Notes under the pieces: model-generated
The model's input: the letters and a program-made list of their open reading frames with translations, nothing else
What the model was told of the DNA's origin: nothing
The model's database searches: none
Made by a program: the position numbers and the translations under genes
Source of the DNA: an uncultured Ruminococcus sp.
GTDB lineage: Bacteria; Bacillota; Clostridia; Oscillospirales; Ruminococcaceae
DNA length: 64,000 bases
Assembly (NCBI GenBank): GCA_964463355.1
Contig: CAYXBP010000002.1
Location: 77,846-141,845, forward strand
Direction of reading: 5' to 3'
Part shown: positions 9,105-19,613 of the stretch, piece by piece
How the letters are laid out: every line of letters starts with the position of its first letter
Position numbering within the stretch: the stretch's first letter is position 1

Positions 9105-12100
9105 TCAATCTGCGAAATAACGCACGCCACTTTCAAAAATTTTCTGATCCTTTTCGCCAGGAACGTTCTTGCACACCTGCGTGCCCATACGCTCACTGTG
9201 GCCCATCTTGCCCAGCACACGGCCATCGGGAGATGTAATGCCCTCAATTGCATCCACTGAGCCATTCGGATTAAAACGAATATCCATGGTAGGACGACCA
9301 CTGAGATCCACATACTGCGTTGCAATCTGCCCATTGCCAGCCATGCGGCGCAGCAACGATGCCGGAGCGATAAATCGCCCCTCACCGTGAGAGATCGCCA
9401 CGGTATGCAGATCATCGGGCTTACAGGCAGCAAGCCACGGCGATTTATTAGACGCGATTCGGGTAGTGACCATCATGCTCTGGTGGCGCGCAATGGTGTT
9501 GAAGGTCAATGTGGGGGAATTGTCGCTCATCTCCACAATCTCACCAAAGGGCACCAATCCCAGCTTGATAAGGGCTTGGAAGCCATTGCAAATACCCAAC
9601 ATCAGACCATCGCGCTGTTGCAGCAGCTTGTGAACCGCCTCTGCCACACGAGGATTACGGAAGAACGCCGTGATGAATTTACCAGATCCGTCTGGCTCAT
9701 CGCCGCCAGAGAAGCCACCAGGCAACATGATCATCTGGGCATTGGCGATGGACTTCACCGCTGCCTCCACAGATTCCTCAATCGCATCTGCGGAAAGGTT
9801 ACGAATCACGAGAATCTCAGGTTCTGCACCAGCACGTGCAAAGGCACGGGCGGTATCATATTCGCAGTTGGTGCCAGGGAACACAGGAATCAGCACACGA
9901 GGCTTTGCGTATTTCACCGCAGGAGTCGGACGGCGTTCTGCGGTATGACTATATGCCTCTATAGTAGCAAACTCAGTCTTGATGCGGCATGGATACACAG
10001 ATTCCAGCTTACCCTCCCATGCTTTTTGCAGTGTATCAAGACTGATCGTGTAGCTGTCGCTGAAGATCTTGTACTGCTCGGTTGTGCGACCGATGACCTC
10101 CTCATCTGCCTTGGCAGCACCGTCAAGCTCAATGATAAACGATCCGCTAAAGGGTGCAAACAAGATTTGCTCGGGCAAAGTGCAGCTGAATTCAAAGCCG
10201 ATATGGTTGCCAAAGCACATCTTTGCAATGCCTTCTGCGACACCGCCGCCAGCAACTGTCCAAATCGCTTTTGCTCTACCCTCGGAGATCAGCTGTTCCA
10301 CACGTTCAAATGTAGCACGAACGCTGTCCCAATCAGGCAGCCCATTGCTGTCATAAGAGGGAGCAAGACGAATGACGGTATCTCCCGCCGCTTTAAATTC
10401 GGTAGAAAGCACGCGCGTGGTGTTGGCAGTAGATACGGCAAAGGAAACAAGCGTTGGTGGCACATCGACGTTTTCAAAAGTGCCAGACATGGAATCCTTT
10501 CCGCCGATGGATGCACAGCCAAGTTCCAGTTGCGCCTTGAAGGCACCCAGCAGCGCAGAGAAGGGCTTACCCCAACGAGCGGGATCATTCTGAGTGCGCT
10601 CGAAATACTCCTGGAAGGTCAGCCAGCACTGATGCCGACTGCCGCCTGCGGCGATCACTTTTGCCACAGACTCGATGACAGCCTCCATAGCACCGTGGTA
10701 GGGCGAATGCTCTGAGATGCTGGGCTGGAAGCCGTATGCCATCAGCGAGCAGGTTGTGGTATCCCCTTGCAGTATGGGAATCTTTGCCGCCATTGCCTGT
10801 GTGGGAGTCAGCTGATAGACACCGCCAAAGGGCATCAGCACGGTACCCGCACCGATAGTGGAATCAAATTTCTCTACCAAGCCCTTCTGCGAACAGACAT
10901 TCAAATCAGACATCAGTTCTTTCCATCCATCGGGGGTATCCTCAAAGAGAATCGGGGCACTCTGCTGGGGCGCGGCTGCCACGATATCGGTATGCTTTTC
11001 CGCGCCATTGGAGTTCAAAAACGCTCTGGAAAGGTCAACGATCACATTACCATTCCAGTGCATACGCAGACGATTCGTATCTGTTGCCTTTGCCACCACG
11101 GTTGCCAGCAGATTCTCTGCTGCGGCGGCTTTCATGAAGGCATCCACATCTTCTGGCGCAACAACCACCGCCATACGCTCCTGAGATTCAGAAATGGCAA
11201 GCTCGGTGCCGTCCAGACCGTCATATTTTCTCGGCACTGCATTGAGGTCAATATCCAAGCCGTCGGTCAGCTCACCAATGGCGACCGATACACCGCCCGC
11301 GCCAAAATCATTGCAACGTTTGATAAGCTTCGTCACGGCAGGGTCACGGAACAATCTTTGCAGCTTTCGTTCTTCAGGGGCATTGCCCTTTTGCACCTCC
11401 GCACCGCAATGGGTCAACGATTCCAGCGTATGAGATTTGGAAGAGCCTGTTGCGCCACCACAGCCATCTCTGCCAGTTTTTCCACCCAGCAGGATGATCA
11501 CATCGCCAGGCACGGGTGCTTCACGGCGGATATTCTCCGCAGGGGCAGCACCCACCACCGCGCCGATCTCCAGACGCTTTGCCACATAACCTGGGTGATA
11601 CACCTCTGTGACATGACCCGTAGCCAGACCAATCTGGTTGCCGTAGGAGCTGTAGCCGTTTGCCGCACCCACCGTGATCTTTCTCTGGGGCAGCTTGCCA
11701 GGCATGGTATCTGCCACAGGCACCAGCGGATTTGCCGCACCAGTCACGCGCATTGCCTGATACACATAGCTTCTGCCAGAAAGCGGGTCACGAATCGCAC
11801 CGCCCAGGCAGGTTGCCGCACCACCAAACGGTTCAATCTCGGTGGGGTGATTGTGGGTTTCGTTTTTAAACATCAAAATCCAGTCCTCATCACCAGCATC
11901 GGTTTCCACCTTAATCTTTACAGAGCAGGCATTAATCTCCTCGCTTTCATCCAATGCAGGAATTTTCCCATCTGCCTTCAGCTTGCGCATTGCCATGGTT
12001 GCCATATCCATCAAGGTTACAGGCTTTGCCTCTCTACCCAGTTCTTTACGGATGCGCAGGTAGTCCTCATACGTTTCGCGGATATAGGGGGTGTCCACCT

Positions 12101-12812
12101 CCACATTATCGATCGTGGTCAGGAAGGTCGTATGGCGGCAGTGATCGCTCCAATAGGTATCAATCATGCGTATCTCAGTGATAGTTGGGTCACGGTGTTC
12201 TGTATCACGGAAGTAGGACTGGCAGAATTTGATATCATCCAAATCCATTGCCAGTGCATACTCATGTAAGAATGCTTTTAAGCCGCTCTCATCCAGCGTG
12301 CAGAAGCCCTCGAGAGTAGCGACGGTGCTGGGGATAGCATAGTTGGTATCCAAAGAATCCACGGTGTCCAGTGATGCCTCACGGCTTTCCACGGGATTGA
12401 TGAGATACTGCTTCAGACGGTCAAATTCGGCATCGGTAATGCTGCCGCCAACGATGTACACACGTGCATTGCGCACACGGCATCGCTCCTTACCGTTTAA
12501 GATCTGAATGCACTGTTCGCAAGAATCGGCGCGCTGATCAAACTGTCCAGGCAGATACTCTACAGCAAAAATACGCTCCTGATTAGAGAGCATAGGCAAT
12601 TTTTCATAAACATAGTCCACGGCAGGCTCAGAGAACACAGTGGGCACAGCGCGGCGAAAATCCTCCTCCTCAATGTGGTCTGCATCGTAGCGGTTCAGCA
12701 CGCGGATGCTCAGCACATTCAGGCGCAGTGCGGTACGCAAATCTGCCAACACAGACTGTGCTTCGACTGCAAAGGGGGGCTTTTTTTCGGTATAAATGCG
12801 ATAAACTGACAT
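9105..12812 (-). CDS. purL: Phosphoribosylformylglycinamidine synthase (single-chain large FGAM synthase)
   Basis: 1235 aa. The N-terminal, AIR-synthase-like and C-terminal glutaminase domains (LGICNGFQALIKLG) are all recognisable. Confidence 0.96.
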   Translation of the reverse strand: MSVYRIYTEKKPPFAVEAQSVLADLRTALRLNVLSIRVLNRYDADHIEEEDFRRAVPTVFSEPAVDYVYEKLPMLSNQERIFAVEYLPGQFDQRADSCEQCIQILNGKERCRVRNARVYIVGGSITDAEFDRLKQYLINPVESREASLDTVDSLDTNYAIPSTVATLEGFCTLDESGLKAFLHEYALAMDLDDIKFCQSYFRDTEHRDPTITEIRMIDTYWSDHCRHTTFLTTIDNVEVDTPYIRETYEDYLRIRKELGREAKPVTLMDMATMAMRKLKADGKIPALDESEEINACSVKIKVETDAGDEDWILMFKNETHNHPTEIEPFGGAATCLGGAIRDPLSGRSYVYQAMRVTGAANPLVPVADTMPGKLPQRKITVGAANGYSSYGNQIGLATGHVTEVYHPGYVAKRLEIGAVVGAAPAENIRREAPVPGDVIILLGGKTGRDGCGGATGSSKSHTLESLTHCGAEVQKGNAPEERKLQRLFRDPAVTKLIKRCNDFGAGGVSVAIGELTDGLDIDLNAVPRKYDGLDGTELAISESQERMAVVVAPEDVDAFMKAAAAENLLATVVAKATDTNRLRMHWNGNVIVDLSRAFLNSNGAEKHTDIVAAAPQQSAPILFEDTPDGWKELMSDLNVCSQKGLVEKFDSTIGAGTVLMPFGGVYQLTPTQAMAAKIPILQGDTTTCSLMAYGFQPSISEHSPYHGAMEAVIESVAKVIAAGGSRHQCWLTFQEYFERTQNDPARWGKPFSALLGAFKAQLELGCASIGGKDSMSGTFENVDVPPTLVSFAVSTANTTRVLSTEFKAAGDTVIRLAPSYDSNGLPDWDSVRATFERVEQLISEGRAKAIWTVAGGGVAEGIAKMCFGNHIGFEFSCTLPEQILFAPFSGSFIIELDGAAKADEEVIGRTTEQYKIFSDSYTISLDTLQKAWEGKLESVYPCRIKTEFATIEAYSHTAERRPTPAVKYAKPRVLIPVFPGTNCEYDTARAFARAGAEPEILVIRNLSADAIEESVEAAVKSIANAQMIMLPGGFSGGDEPDGSGKFITAFFRNPRVAEAVHKLLQQRDGLMLGICNGFQALIKLGLVPFGEIVEMSDNSPTLTFNTIARHQSMMVTTRIASNKSPWLAACKPDDLHTVAISHGEGRFIAPASLLRRMAGNGQIATQYVDLSGRPTMDIRFNPNGSVDAIEGITSPDGRVLGKMGHSERMGTQVCKNVPGEKDQKIFESGVRYFAD

Positions 12813-12836
12813 AATGCAACAACCTCCGGTTTTGTA

Positions 12837-14252
12837 TCATTGGATACGGGCGATACAGCAATCGTCCTCATACCCTTCTATTGTAACACAAATAATAGAA
12901 TTGTGCAAACGTTTTTCGGCTTTTTCCGGAAAAATTTTCACAAGTGTACCATCTGGCATATGCCCTTGGTAATAGCTATGTGCATTTTGATACACAAGCG
13001 GCGCACTTTCAAGCGTCTTGTCCCAAAACCGTTCTCCGGATCCCGCGCAATCCTTGCAATTTTCCACCAGTACCGATACTGCACGCCCCACATATTGCTC
13101 CAGATGCTTTTTGGTACAACGTGCAGCCACCACCGCAAGCTCACTTGCGCGCTGATTTTTCACATCTCCAGGCACCTGATCTGGCATAGCGGCGGCGAGA
13201 GTGCCTTCTCTGGGCGAATAGGGAAAAATATGCACCTTGGCAAACCCGATCTGCTGTACCATTTGCAGGGTTTGGGCAAAATCCTGATCCGTTTCTCCAG
13301 GGAAGCCCACGATCACATCGGTAGTAATGGCAGATTCTGGAAACAGCGCGCGAATCTGATGCACGAGGTGATCATAGCTCAGCGAAGAATAGTGGCGATT
13401 CATTCGTCGCAGCACGCTATCTGCACCGCTTTGCAGCGAAAGATGAAACTGCGGGCAGAATTTTCCGCACGCTGCAAATCGCCGCAACAGTTCTGACGTA
13501 ATGCGCTCTGGTTCCAGTGAGCCAAGCCGCACGCGTCGGATTCCTTCGGGCGCGGCACAGGCATCTACGGCATCTGCAAGGGAATCTCCCGTATCAACGC
13601 CATAAAATCCAAGGTTGATCCCCGTCAGTACGATCTCTTGAAAGCCTTGTTCGGCAAGGCTTTTGGCCTCCGCAGCAATGCTCTCCAGCGGCATGGAACG
13701 GCATCTGCCGCGTGCATAGGGAATGATGCAGTAGGTGCAAAACTGATTGCAGCCCTCCTGTATTTTGAGAAACGCCCTGGTGCGTTGTGTATCAGCACTG
13801 GCAAGCAATGAAAAAGGCTCCCCGCCTTTGGGTAAATAGGGCACGATGACATTACAGGGAGTATCGGCAGCCGGTTTTGATTGTGCAGAGGGGCATTCAC
13901 TTTTGTGGTTGTTCAGGAAATGTGCTTGCAGCAAGGCAGCGATCTGTTCTCGATTTTTGGTGCCCACCACATAATCCGCCTCATCAAAAGCATCCTTGGG
14001 AAAAGCCTGCGGCCAGCAACCCGTCAGCACAATCACCGCTTTGGGATAGCGTTTGCGCAGTGAGCGCATGGTCTGCCGCACTTTGCGCACGCTCTCGGCG
14101 GTTACTGCACAACTGTTGATGATCAAACAATCTGCAAGCATGGCGCGCGCTGCTTCATCAAAGCCATTGTCCAGCAGCAGTTTACGGATTCCTGCACTAT
14201 CTGCCTGATTGACTTTACATCCAAAAGTAAATACTTTGAATTTTTTTAACAT
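12837..14252 (-). CDS. mtaB: tRNA t6A37 methylthiotransferase MtaB (radical SAM, MiaB family)
   Basis: MLKKFKVFTFGCKVNQADS N terminus and radical-SAM motif IQEGCNQFCTYCIIPYARG. Confidence 0.85.
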   Translation of the reverse strand: MLKKFKVFTFGCKVNQADSAGIRKLLLDNGFDEAARAMLADCLIINSCAVTAESVRKVRQTMRSLRKRYPKAVIVLTGCWPQAFPKDAFDEADYVVGTKNREQIAALLQAHFLNNHKSECPSAQSKPAADTPCNVIVPYLPKGGEPFSLLASADTQRTRAFLKIQEGCNQFCTYCIIPYARGRCRSMPLESIAAEAKSLAEQGFQEIVLTGINLGFYGVDTGDSLADAVDACAAPEGIRRVRLGSLEPERITSELLRRFAACGKFCPQFHLSLQSGADSVLRRMNRHYSSLSYDHLVHQIRALFPESAITTDVIVGFPGETDQDFAQTLQMVQQIGFAKVHIFPYSPREGTLAAAMPDQVPGDVKNQRASELAVVAARCTKKHLEQYVGRAVSVLVENCKDCAGSGERFWDKTLESAPLVYQNAHSYYQGHMPDGTLVKIFPEKAEKRLHNSIICVTIEGYEDDCCIARIQ

Positions 14253-14397
14253 AAAAACGTTCTCCTCTGGATTTGTTTACTTTGCACAAATATTTGAAGG
14301 TTTTATTGTGCAATATGCACTGGATATCGGAGGTGGCGAAAAGAATTTCACCCAAGCCGAAAAAATGGGTCAAATATCCGAAAAATGGCGATTTTGC

Positions 14398-14426
14398 TTG
14401 ACAAACCGCATTTATAATGTTATGAT
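14398..14426 (+). promoter_or_regulatory. Sigma-A-type promoter upstream of the HPr-like gene
   Basis: TTGACA (14398-14403), 17 nt, TATGAT (14421-14426). This leaves a leader of about 90 nt. Confidence 0.5.
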
Positions 14427-14521
14427 TAGCACAGAAATGGTCATACTAATGCACACTGCAAGAAGCAAAGTGCGGTATCTCAACCGTATTCCGCAGAAAA
14501 ATGAAAATGAGGTAAACTGCT

Positions 14522-14776
14522 ATGTCTACGATGACAGTTTTTCTTCCTGCGATCACCGATGTAACGGAATTTGTTAACATCATGGGGCGGTTCCCCTTTG
14601 AAGCACAGCTGACCGTTGGTTCCTACGCTGTGGACGCAAAATCCCTGATGGGCATCTTCACCCTTGATCGTGCACAGCCCTTGCGGTTGGTTGCTGAAAC
14701 AACGGATTCCGACGCACTAACTGACCTGACACAAGCCATTGGCAGATTTTTACAGCCCATTTCTCAAGAAGCATAA
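14522..14776 (+). CDS. HPr-family (PTS phosphocarrier-like) small protein
   Basis: 84 aa. FVNIMGRFPFEAQLTVGSYAVDAKSLMGIFTLDRAQPLRLV resembles the orphan HPr-like proteins of Clostridia. Confidence 0.7.
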   Translation: MSTMTVFLPAITDVTEFVNIMGRFPFEAQLTVGSYAVDAKSLMGIFTLDRAQPLRLVAETTDSDALTDLTQAIGRFLQPISQEA

Positions 14777-14948
14777 ACAGGGCACACAAACAAACGCATT
14801 TTTCTCATTGGGAGGCAGATGCTGCTCCTACTCCCCCTTTTTTCATGTTGCTCCCCAGCCATGGGGGGCAATACCAATTCCGTGGCTGACTGCATCCGAT
14901 GCTGCTGGCTGCGTTATTATACATTCAACCCCCTCTCATTTTTCTTTC

Positions 14949-14970
14949 GACGGCTTTTGCCGTCTTTTTT
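14949..14970 (+). terminator. Rho-independent terminator
   Basis: GACGGC-TTTT-GCCGTC followed by TTTTTT. Confidence 0.65.
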
Positions 14971-15000
14971 GTTGCCGAAAAAGCCAGAATATCCTCGCAG

Positions 15001-15543
15001 TCACAGCAGCCTTCGCGCCATCAGATAATATGTACCTTCCGCGGCATAAAAAAAGTAGGAATAATCAGTAAAATCCGTACGGCAGCGAATCGCCTGCACA
15101 GTACCCTCTCGCGTTTTCAAACGGGTGGTATCGCCATCAAACTGATCATCCAGAAAATAATCGGTGAAATCGTGGTAATTGGTCAGATATTGCTCGCTGT
15201 CGGCTTCCTGTCCAAAGCACTGCGTCAACACATCGGCAATGTCGCCATCCATGCGCATCACGATGCCCGTGTAATGACTGTGGCTTTCTGCCGTGCCCCG
15301 TTCAAAAGTGTAAAGCGGTGTCAGCAAATGCTCCGTGCCAATGTGATAAGTGTCACGCATATGCTTGACCTCCTGCTCGCTGAAGCTTTCACGCAGAACG
15401 ATAAACTGGTTGCGAAAAAAATAGTTGATGCCAAAATATGCCGCCGTTGAAAGAATCCCCAGTGTGATGACGATGATCACAATGGGTTTCATCAGTGCGC
15501 TGATACTGCGACTGCGCTCATAGGGTGATTGATAACTGTTCAT
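15001..15543 (-). CDS. Hypothetical protein with one N-terminal TM anchor
   Basis: MNSYQSPYERSRSISALMKPIVIIVITLGILSTAAYFGINYFF... The start at 15543 follows GGAAAGAGG. I recognise no family. Confidence 0.6.
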   Translation of the reverse strand: MNSYQSPYERSRSISALMKPIVIIVITLGILSTAAYFGINYFFRNQFIVLRESFSEQEVKHMRDTYHIGTEHLLTPLYTFERGTAESHSHYTGIVMRMDGDIADVLTQCFGQEADSEQYLTNYHDFTDYFLDDQFDGDTTRLKTREGTVQAIRCRTDFTDYSYFFYAAEGTYYLMARRLL

Positions 15544-15685
15544 GTGATTTGCCTCTTTCCGTAGTATGTGAATATGCATAGTATAGCATATTTTCATGCG
15601 AAATGCAAGGGATAGACTGTTGCACTCTGTGGGCATATCTGCGATAACTTTTGAAAAGGCTTGCACAATATATGGTTTTTTGGAA

Positions 15686-15716
15686 AGAAAAAAGCCCCAA
15701 AGTAGGGGCTTTTTTG
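15686..15716 (-). terminator. Rho-independent (bidirectional-looking) terminator after citrate synthase
   Basis: AAAGCCCC / GGGGCTTT stem with T-runs on both strands. Confidence 0.7.
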
Positions 15717-15732
15717 CATCATTTGCAATTGA

Positions 15733-17103
15733 TTACCGCTGATCAATGGGTACATATGCGGCATCTGGTTTGACGCTGCGGTAAGCAGGCCGAATAATTT
15801 TGTTGCCGTTAAGCAGTTCCTCCAAACGGTGTGCCGACCACCCTGCGATACGTGCCATGGCAAACAGCGGCGTAAACAACTCGCTGGGCAGTTCCAGCAT
15901 ACGGTACATCAAACCTGAATAAAAATCAATATTGGCACACACACCCTTATAGATCCGTCGTTCCTCAGCGATGACCTTCGGCGCAAGCTGTTCGATCATG
16001 GAATACAGCGCATATTCCTTCATGCACTGCTTCTCTTCGGCTAGCTGCTGCACATAGCCACGCAGAATCGTCGCGCGGGGATCGCTTTGAGAATACACCG
16101 CGTGGCCCATGCCATAAATTAAGCCAGAATGATCAAAAGCATCCTTATGCAAAATCCGGCGCAGATAGTCCGCGACTTCTTCCTCATCAGTCCAGTCGTG
16201 AACGCTTTCTTTGATATCGTCAAACATTTGCACCACTTTGATATTAGCACCGCCGTGCTTGGGACCTTTCAGAGAGCCAAGTGCCGCAGCCATGGTAGAG
16301 TAAGTATCAGTGCCGGATGAAGTAACCACATGGACGGTAAAACTGGAATTATTGCCGCCTCCGTGTTCCGCGTGCAGCACCAGTGCCAAATCCAGAATTT
16401 TAGCTTCCAGCGCGGAAAACTTACGATCCTCACGCAAAATGCTCAACAGGTTTTCGGCAGTGGACATGGCAGGATCTGGTTGATGAAGGAACAGACTCTC
16501 ATCGTTTTTGTAGTAACGATATGCCTGATAGCCGTAGACGGCGATGAGTGGAAACTGCGCAATCAGTTGGATGCACTGCCGCAACACATTGGATACGGAA
16601 GTATCGTTTGGATTGTGATCATACGAATAGAGTGTCAACACGCTGCGCGCGAGAGTATTCATCATATCATCGCTGGGGGATTTCATGATGACATCACGGG
16701 TGAAGGAGGGCGGAAGCGAGCGGCAGCTGCGCAGCAGGGTGCAAAACTCGTCCAGTTGGGCATGGTTAGGCAGCTCACCAAACAACAGCAAATACGCTGT
16801 TTCTTCGTATCCGAAGCGGTTATCGCTAACAAAGCCCTGCACCAAATCTGCGATATTGTAGCCGCGGAAGAACAGCTGTCCCTCGCCTGGTTCAGTACCA
16901 TTGGGGCCTTCTACGCCAGGTACAATTTTGCTGACATTGGTCAGACCCGCGCAAACACCTTTGCCGTTGATATCGCGCAAGCCGCGTTTGACATCATATT
17001 TTGCGTATAACGAGGGGTCGATCTGGTAGTTTTTTTCACAGAGTGAGGTCAGTTGCTCGATCTTTGACTGCATTGCAAACTTGTTGAGCATAGGTTTTTC
17101 CAT
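15733..17103 (-). CDS. Citrate synthase
   Basis: 456 aa. Citrate synthase signatures are present (HAEHGGGNNSSF, GMGHAVY, GWSAHRLEEL). Confidence 0.9.
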   Translation of the reverse strand: MEKPMLNKFAMQSKIEQLTSLCEKNYQIDPSLYAKYDVKRGLRDINGKGVCAGLTNVSKIVPGVEGPNGTEPGEGQLFFRGYNIADLVQGFVSDNRFGYEETAYLLLFGELPNHAQLDEFCTLLRSCRSLPPSFTRDVIMKSPSDDMMNTLARSVLTLYSYDHNPNDTSVSNVLRQCIQLIAQFPLIAVYGYQAYRYYKNDESLFLHQPDPAMSTAENLLSILREDRKFSALEAKILDLALVLHAEHGGGNNSSFTVHVVTSSGTDTYSTMAAALGSLKGPKHGGANIKVVQMFDDIKESVHDWTDEEEVADYLRRILHKDAFDHSGLIYGMGHAVYSQSDPRATILRGYVQQLAEEKQCMKEYALYSMIEQLAPKVIAEERRIYKGVCANIDFYSGLMYRMLELPSELFTPLFAMARIAGWSAHRLEELLNGNKIIRPAYRSVKPDAAYVPIDQR

Positions 17104-17150
17104 GTGAATCGGCTCCTTCCTGTGGGGGATGGTTGGTTTTTCGTTGATTT

Positions 17151-19580
17151 TCAGCGTTGGGTGATCTCGAACTGCTTTCCCAGCTTTTTCAGGATCGTTG
17201 CCACAAATTTGTCTATCTCACTGTCAGTAAAGGCGTGATCATCGGGAGTAAAGGTCAGTGCAAAAGCCATGGACTGCTTGCCTTTTTCAATCTGCTCACC
17301 GCGATAGACATCGAACAGGGTTACATCGCCCAGTGCCTTGCAAGCGTTTTTCATGGCGGTAATCAGGTCGCCACACAGGACGGTATCCTCCACCAACAGT
17401 GCCAGATCGCGACGCACAGTTGGGTATTTGGGCAGCGGTGTAAAATGATACGCGCAGTGCAGCACGGGCATCAACAGATCAAGGGAGATCTCACAGAAAC
17501 AGGCAGTATGTTCGGGAATCAGGCTGTCGGCAAGATCGTGGGCAAGCATGCCTACGAAACCGAGCTTCACATCACCCAGGAATACTTCTGCGGTCATGCC
17601 AGGATGCAAGAAGGGATAGGCGGCTGCATCTTCAGGCTTTTTGTATTGAAAAGTCAGGCGGAAGCTGTCTGCGAGTGCTTCAAGCACCGCCTTACCTGCA
17701 AAGAAATCCACTTTGCTGCCGAACAGCGCAATGGCGAGGGCTTCCTTTTCTTTCGGGGGTTCCACGGGAGGGATGGTATCTGCATGGAAGGTCTTTGCCA
17801 CCTCGAACAATCTGCCGCTGTCGTTACCACGACGGATATTCCGCACTACCGCATTAACCATGGAGGGCGTGAGCATGGTGCGCATCACGGAGAGATCCTC
17901 GCTGATGGGATTGCGGATGCGGATCGCCTTGCGCTGGGGTGCATCCTCGGGCAAACGGAGCATATCAAAATCCTTTGGGGAGCAGAACGAGTAATGGACT
18001 GTTTCATAACAGCCCTGCGCGCACAGCGTCTGCTTCAGCTTCAACAGATTGCGCTGCTTGTCGTTTCTGCCGCCAGGCGTAACCTGTGCCGCAGCAAGGA
18101 ATGTGGGTTTGATGTGATCGTAGCCGTACATACGAATGAGTTCCTCGGCAATATCAGGGGCATTCTCGATATCCTCGCGGTAGGGGGGCACCTGTATCCG
18201 CAGTGTATCACCTTCTATTGCGGGCTGAAAATCAAGGTTTGTCATAATGCGCAAGATTTCCGCATCGGGGATGGTGATGCCAAGCAATGCGTTCATTTTT
18301 GCGATGCTCACTGCAAGCGGGCGACGCGCAATGGCATTGCCTGCGGATACCTCAAAGTGTGAGGCTGTCACGATACCGCAGCCCAGCGCCTCAATGAGAT
18401 GCAGCGCGCGCTGCATACCCAACTGTGTGGTATACTCATCCAAGCCCTTTTCAAATCGTGCGGAGGAGTCAGAGTGTTGCCCAAGTCCGCGCGCAGTCCG
18501 TCGGACATTATCTCTTGCAAATTTGGCAGATTCAAACACCACATCGACAGTATCGGGTTTGATCTCGGAGTTTAAGCCGCCCATGATACCCGCCAGTGCT
18601 ACAGGCTTTTTGCCATCGCAGACCACCAGATTGGCAGGGCTGAGCTTAAATTCCTTTTCGTCCAGCGTGACGATCGGTTCCCCTTCAGTCGCGCGGCGCA
18701 CGCAGATGGCGTTATCTTCCAGATTGCGCAAATCGAAAGCGTGCATGGGCTGACCAAATTCTTTTAGCACATAGTTTGTGATATCCACGATATTGGAGAT
18801 GGAGCGAATGCCCACCAATGCCAATCTGCGACGCATCCATGCAGGAGAAGTGCCTATTTTCACATCACGGACGTAATGTGCGATATAGCGTGGGCAGAGT
18901 TCGGGTGCCTCTACCATTACTGTAAAATGTTCCAATGTTGAAGCATCTGGTGTGAAATCCAGTGCAGGCATTTTCAGCGGCTTACCCAATGCAGCGGCAA
19001 CTTCCCTTGCAATGCCCAGCACCGACTGACAATCGGGACGATTGGCGGTAATGCTGATGTCGTACATCCAGTCGTCCAATCCGACGATAGGTTTCACATC
19101 AGCACCGTTTTCGGCATCGGCGGGCAGCACCAGCAGACCGCAATAATCCCCACCGGGATACAGATCTTCGTTGAGTCCGATTTCTACGCCAGAGCAGAGC
19201 ATACCAGCAGATTCATAACCACGCATTTTGCCTTTTTTGATTTTCATGACACCTTCTATGGTGACATGATCTTTCGCTGTGGCATAGACCGTTGCGCCAA
19301 CCAATGCCGCGGGATACTTTCCGCCGACTTTGACATTATCCGCACCGCAGCAAATTTGGAACATACCTTTCTCGCCGCAATCCACCTGGCAAACATGGAG
19401 ATGGGTATCGGGTACAGGCTCACATTCTTTCACTTCGCCGACCACCACGCCAGAAACATCCGCGCCCAGTTCGGTAAGCGTTTCCACCTCAAAGCCGCAG
19501 TCAAAAAGTTTTTCCTGCAATTGTTGTGGCGTTACATCAATATCTACATATTCTTTCAACCAACTAAGGGGTATCAGCAT
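17151..19580 (-). CDS. pheT: Phenylalanine--tRNA ligase beta subunit
   Basis: MLIPLSWLKEYVDIDV... with tRNA-binding, B3/4, B5 and FDX-ACB-like regions. The start at 19580 follows GAAAGGAAG. Confidence 0.96.
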   Translation of the reverse strand: MLIPLSWLKEYVDIDVTPQQLQEKLFDCGFEVETLTELGADVSGVVVGEVKECEPVPDTHLHVCQVDCGEKGMFQICCGADNVKVGGKYPAALVGATVYATAKDHVTIEGVMKIKKGKMRGYESAGMLCSGVEIGLNEDLYPGGDYCGLLVLPADAENGADVKPIVGLDDWMYDISITANRPDCQSVLGIAREVAAALGKPLKMPALDFTPDASTLEHFTVMVEAPELCPRYIAHYVRDVKIGTSPAWMRRRLALVGIRSISNIVDITNYVLKEFGQPMHAFDLRNLEDNAICVRRATEGEPIVTLDEKEFKLSPANLVVCDGKKPVALAGIMGGLNSEIKPDTVDVVFESAKFARDNVRRTARGLGQHSDSSARFEKGLDEYTTQLGMQRALHLIEALGCGIVTASHFEVSAGNAIARRPLAVSIAKMNALLGITIPDAEILRIMTNLDFQPAIEGDTLRIQVPPYREDIENAPDIAEELIRMYGYDHIKPTFLAAAQVTPGGRNDKQRNLLKLKQTLCAQGCYETVHYSFCSPKDFDMLRLPEDAPQRKAIRIRNPISEDLSVMRTMLTPSMVNAVVRNIRRGNDSGRLFEVAKTFHADTIPPVEPPKEKEALAIALFGSKVDFFAGKAVLEALADSFRLTFQYKKPEDAAAYPFLHPGMTAEVFLGDVKLGFVGMLAHDLADSLIPEHTACFCEISLDLLMPVLHCAYHFTPLPKYPTVRRDLALLVEDTVLCGDLITAMKNACKALGDVTLFDVYRGEQIEKGKQSMAFALTFTPDDHAFTDSEIDKFVATILKKLGKQFEITQR

Positions 19581-19613
19581 AACTATGATCTTCCTTTCTA
19601 TTGCAAGCGGCAC

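Noticed and set aside
9387-12269. Plus-strand ORFs 9387..10715 (442 aa) and 10767..12269 (500 aa).
   Set aside because: They are antisense to purL, with no recognisable motifs and an R/H/C-rich composition.
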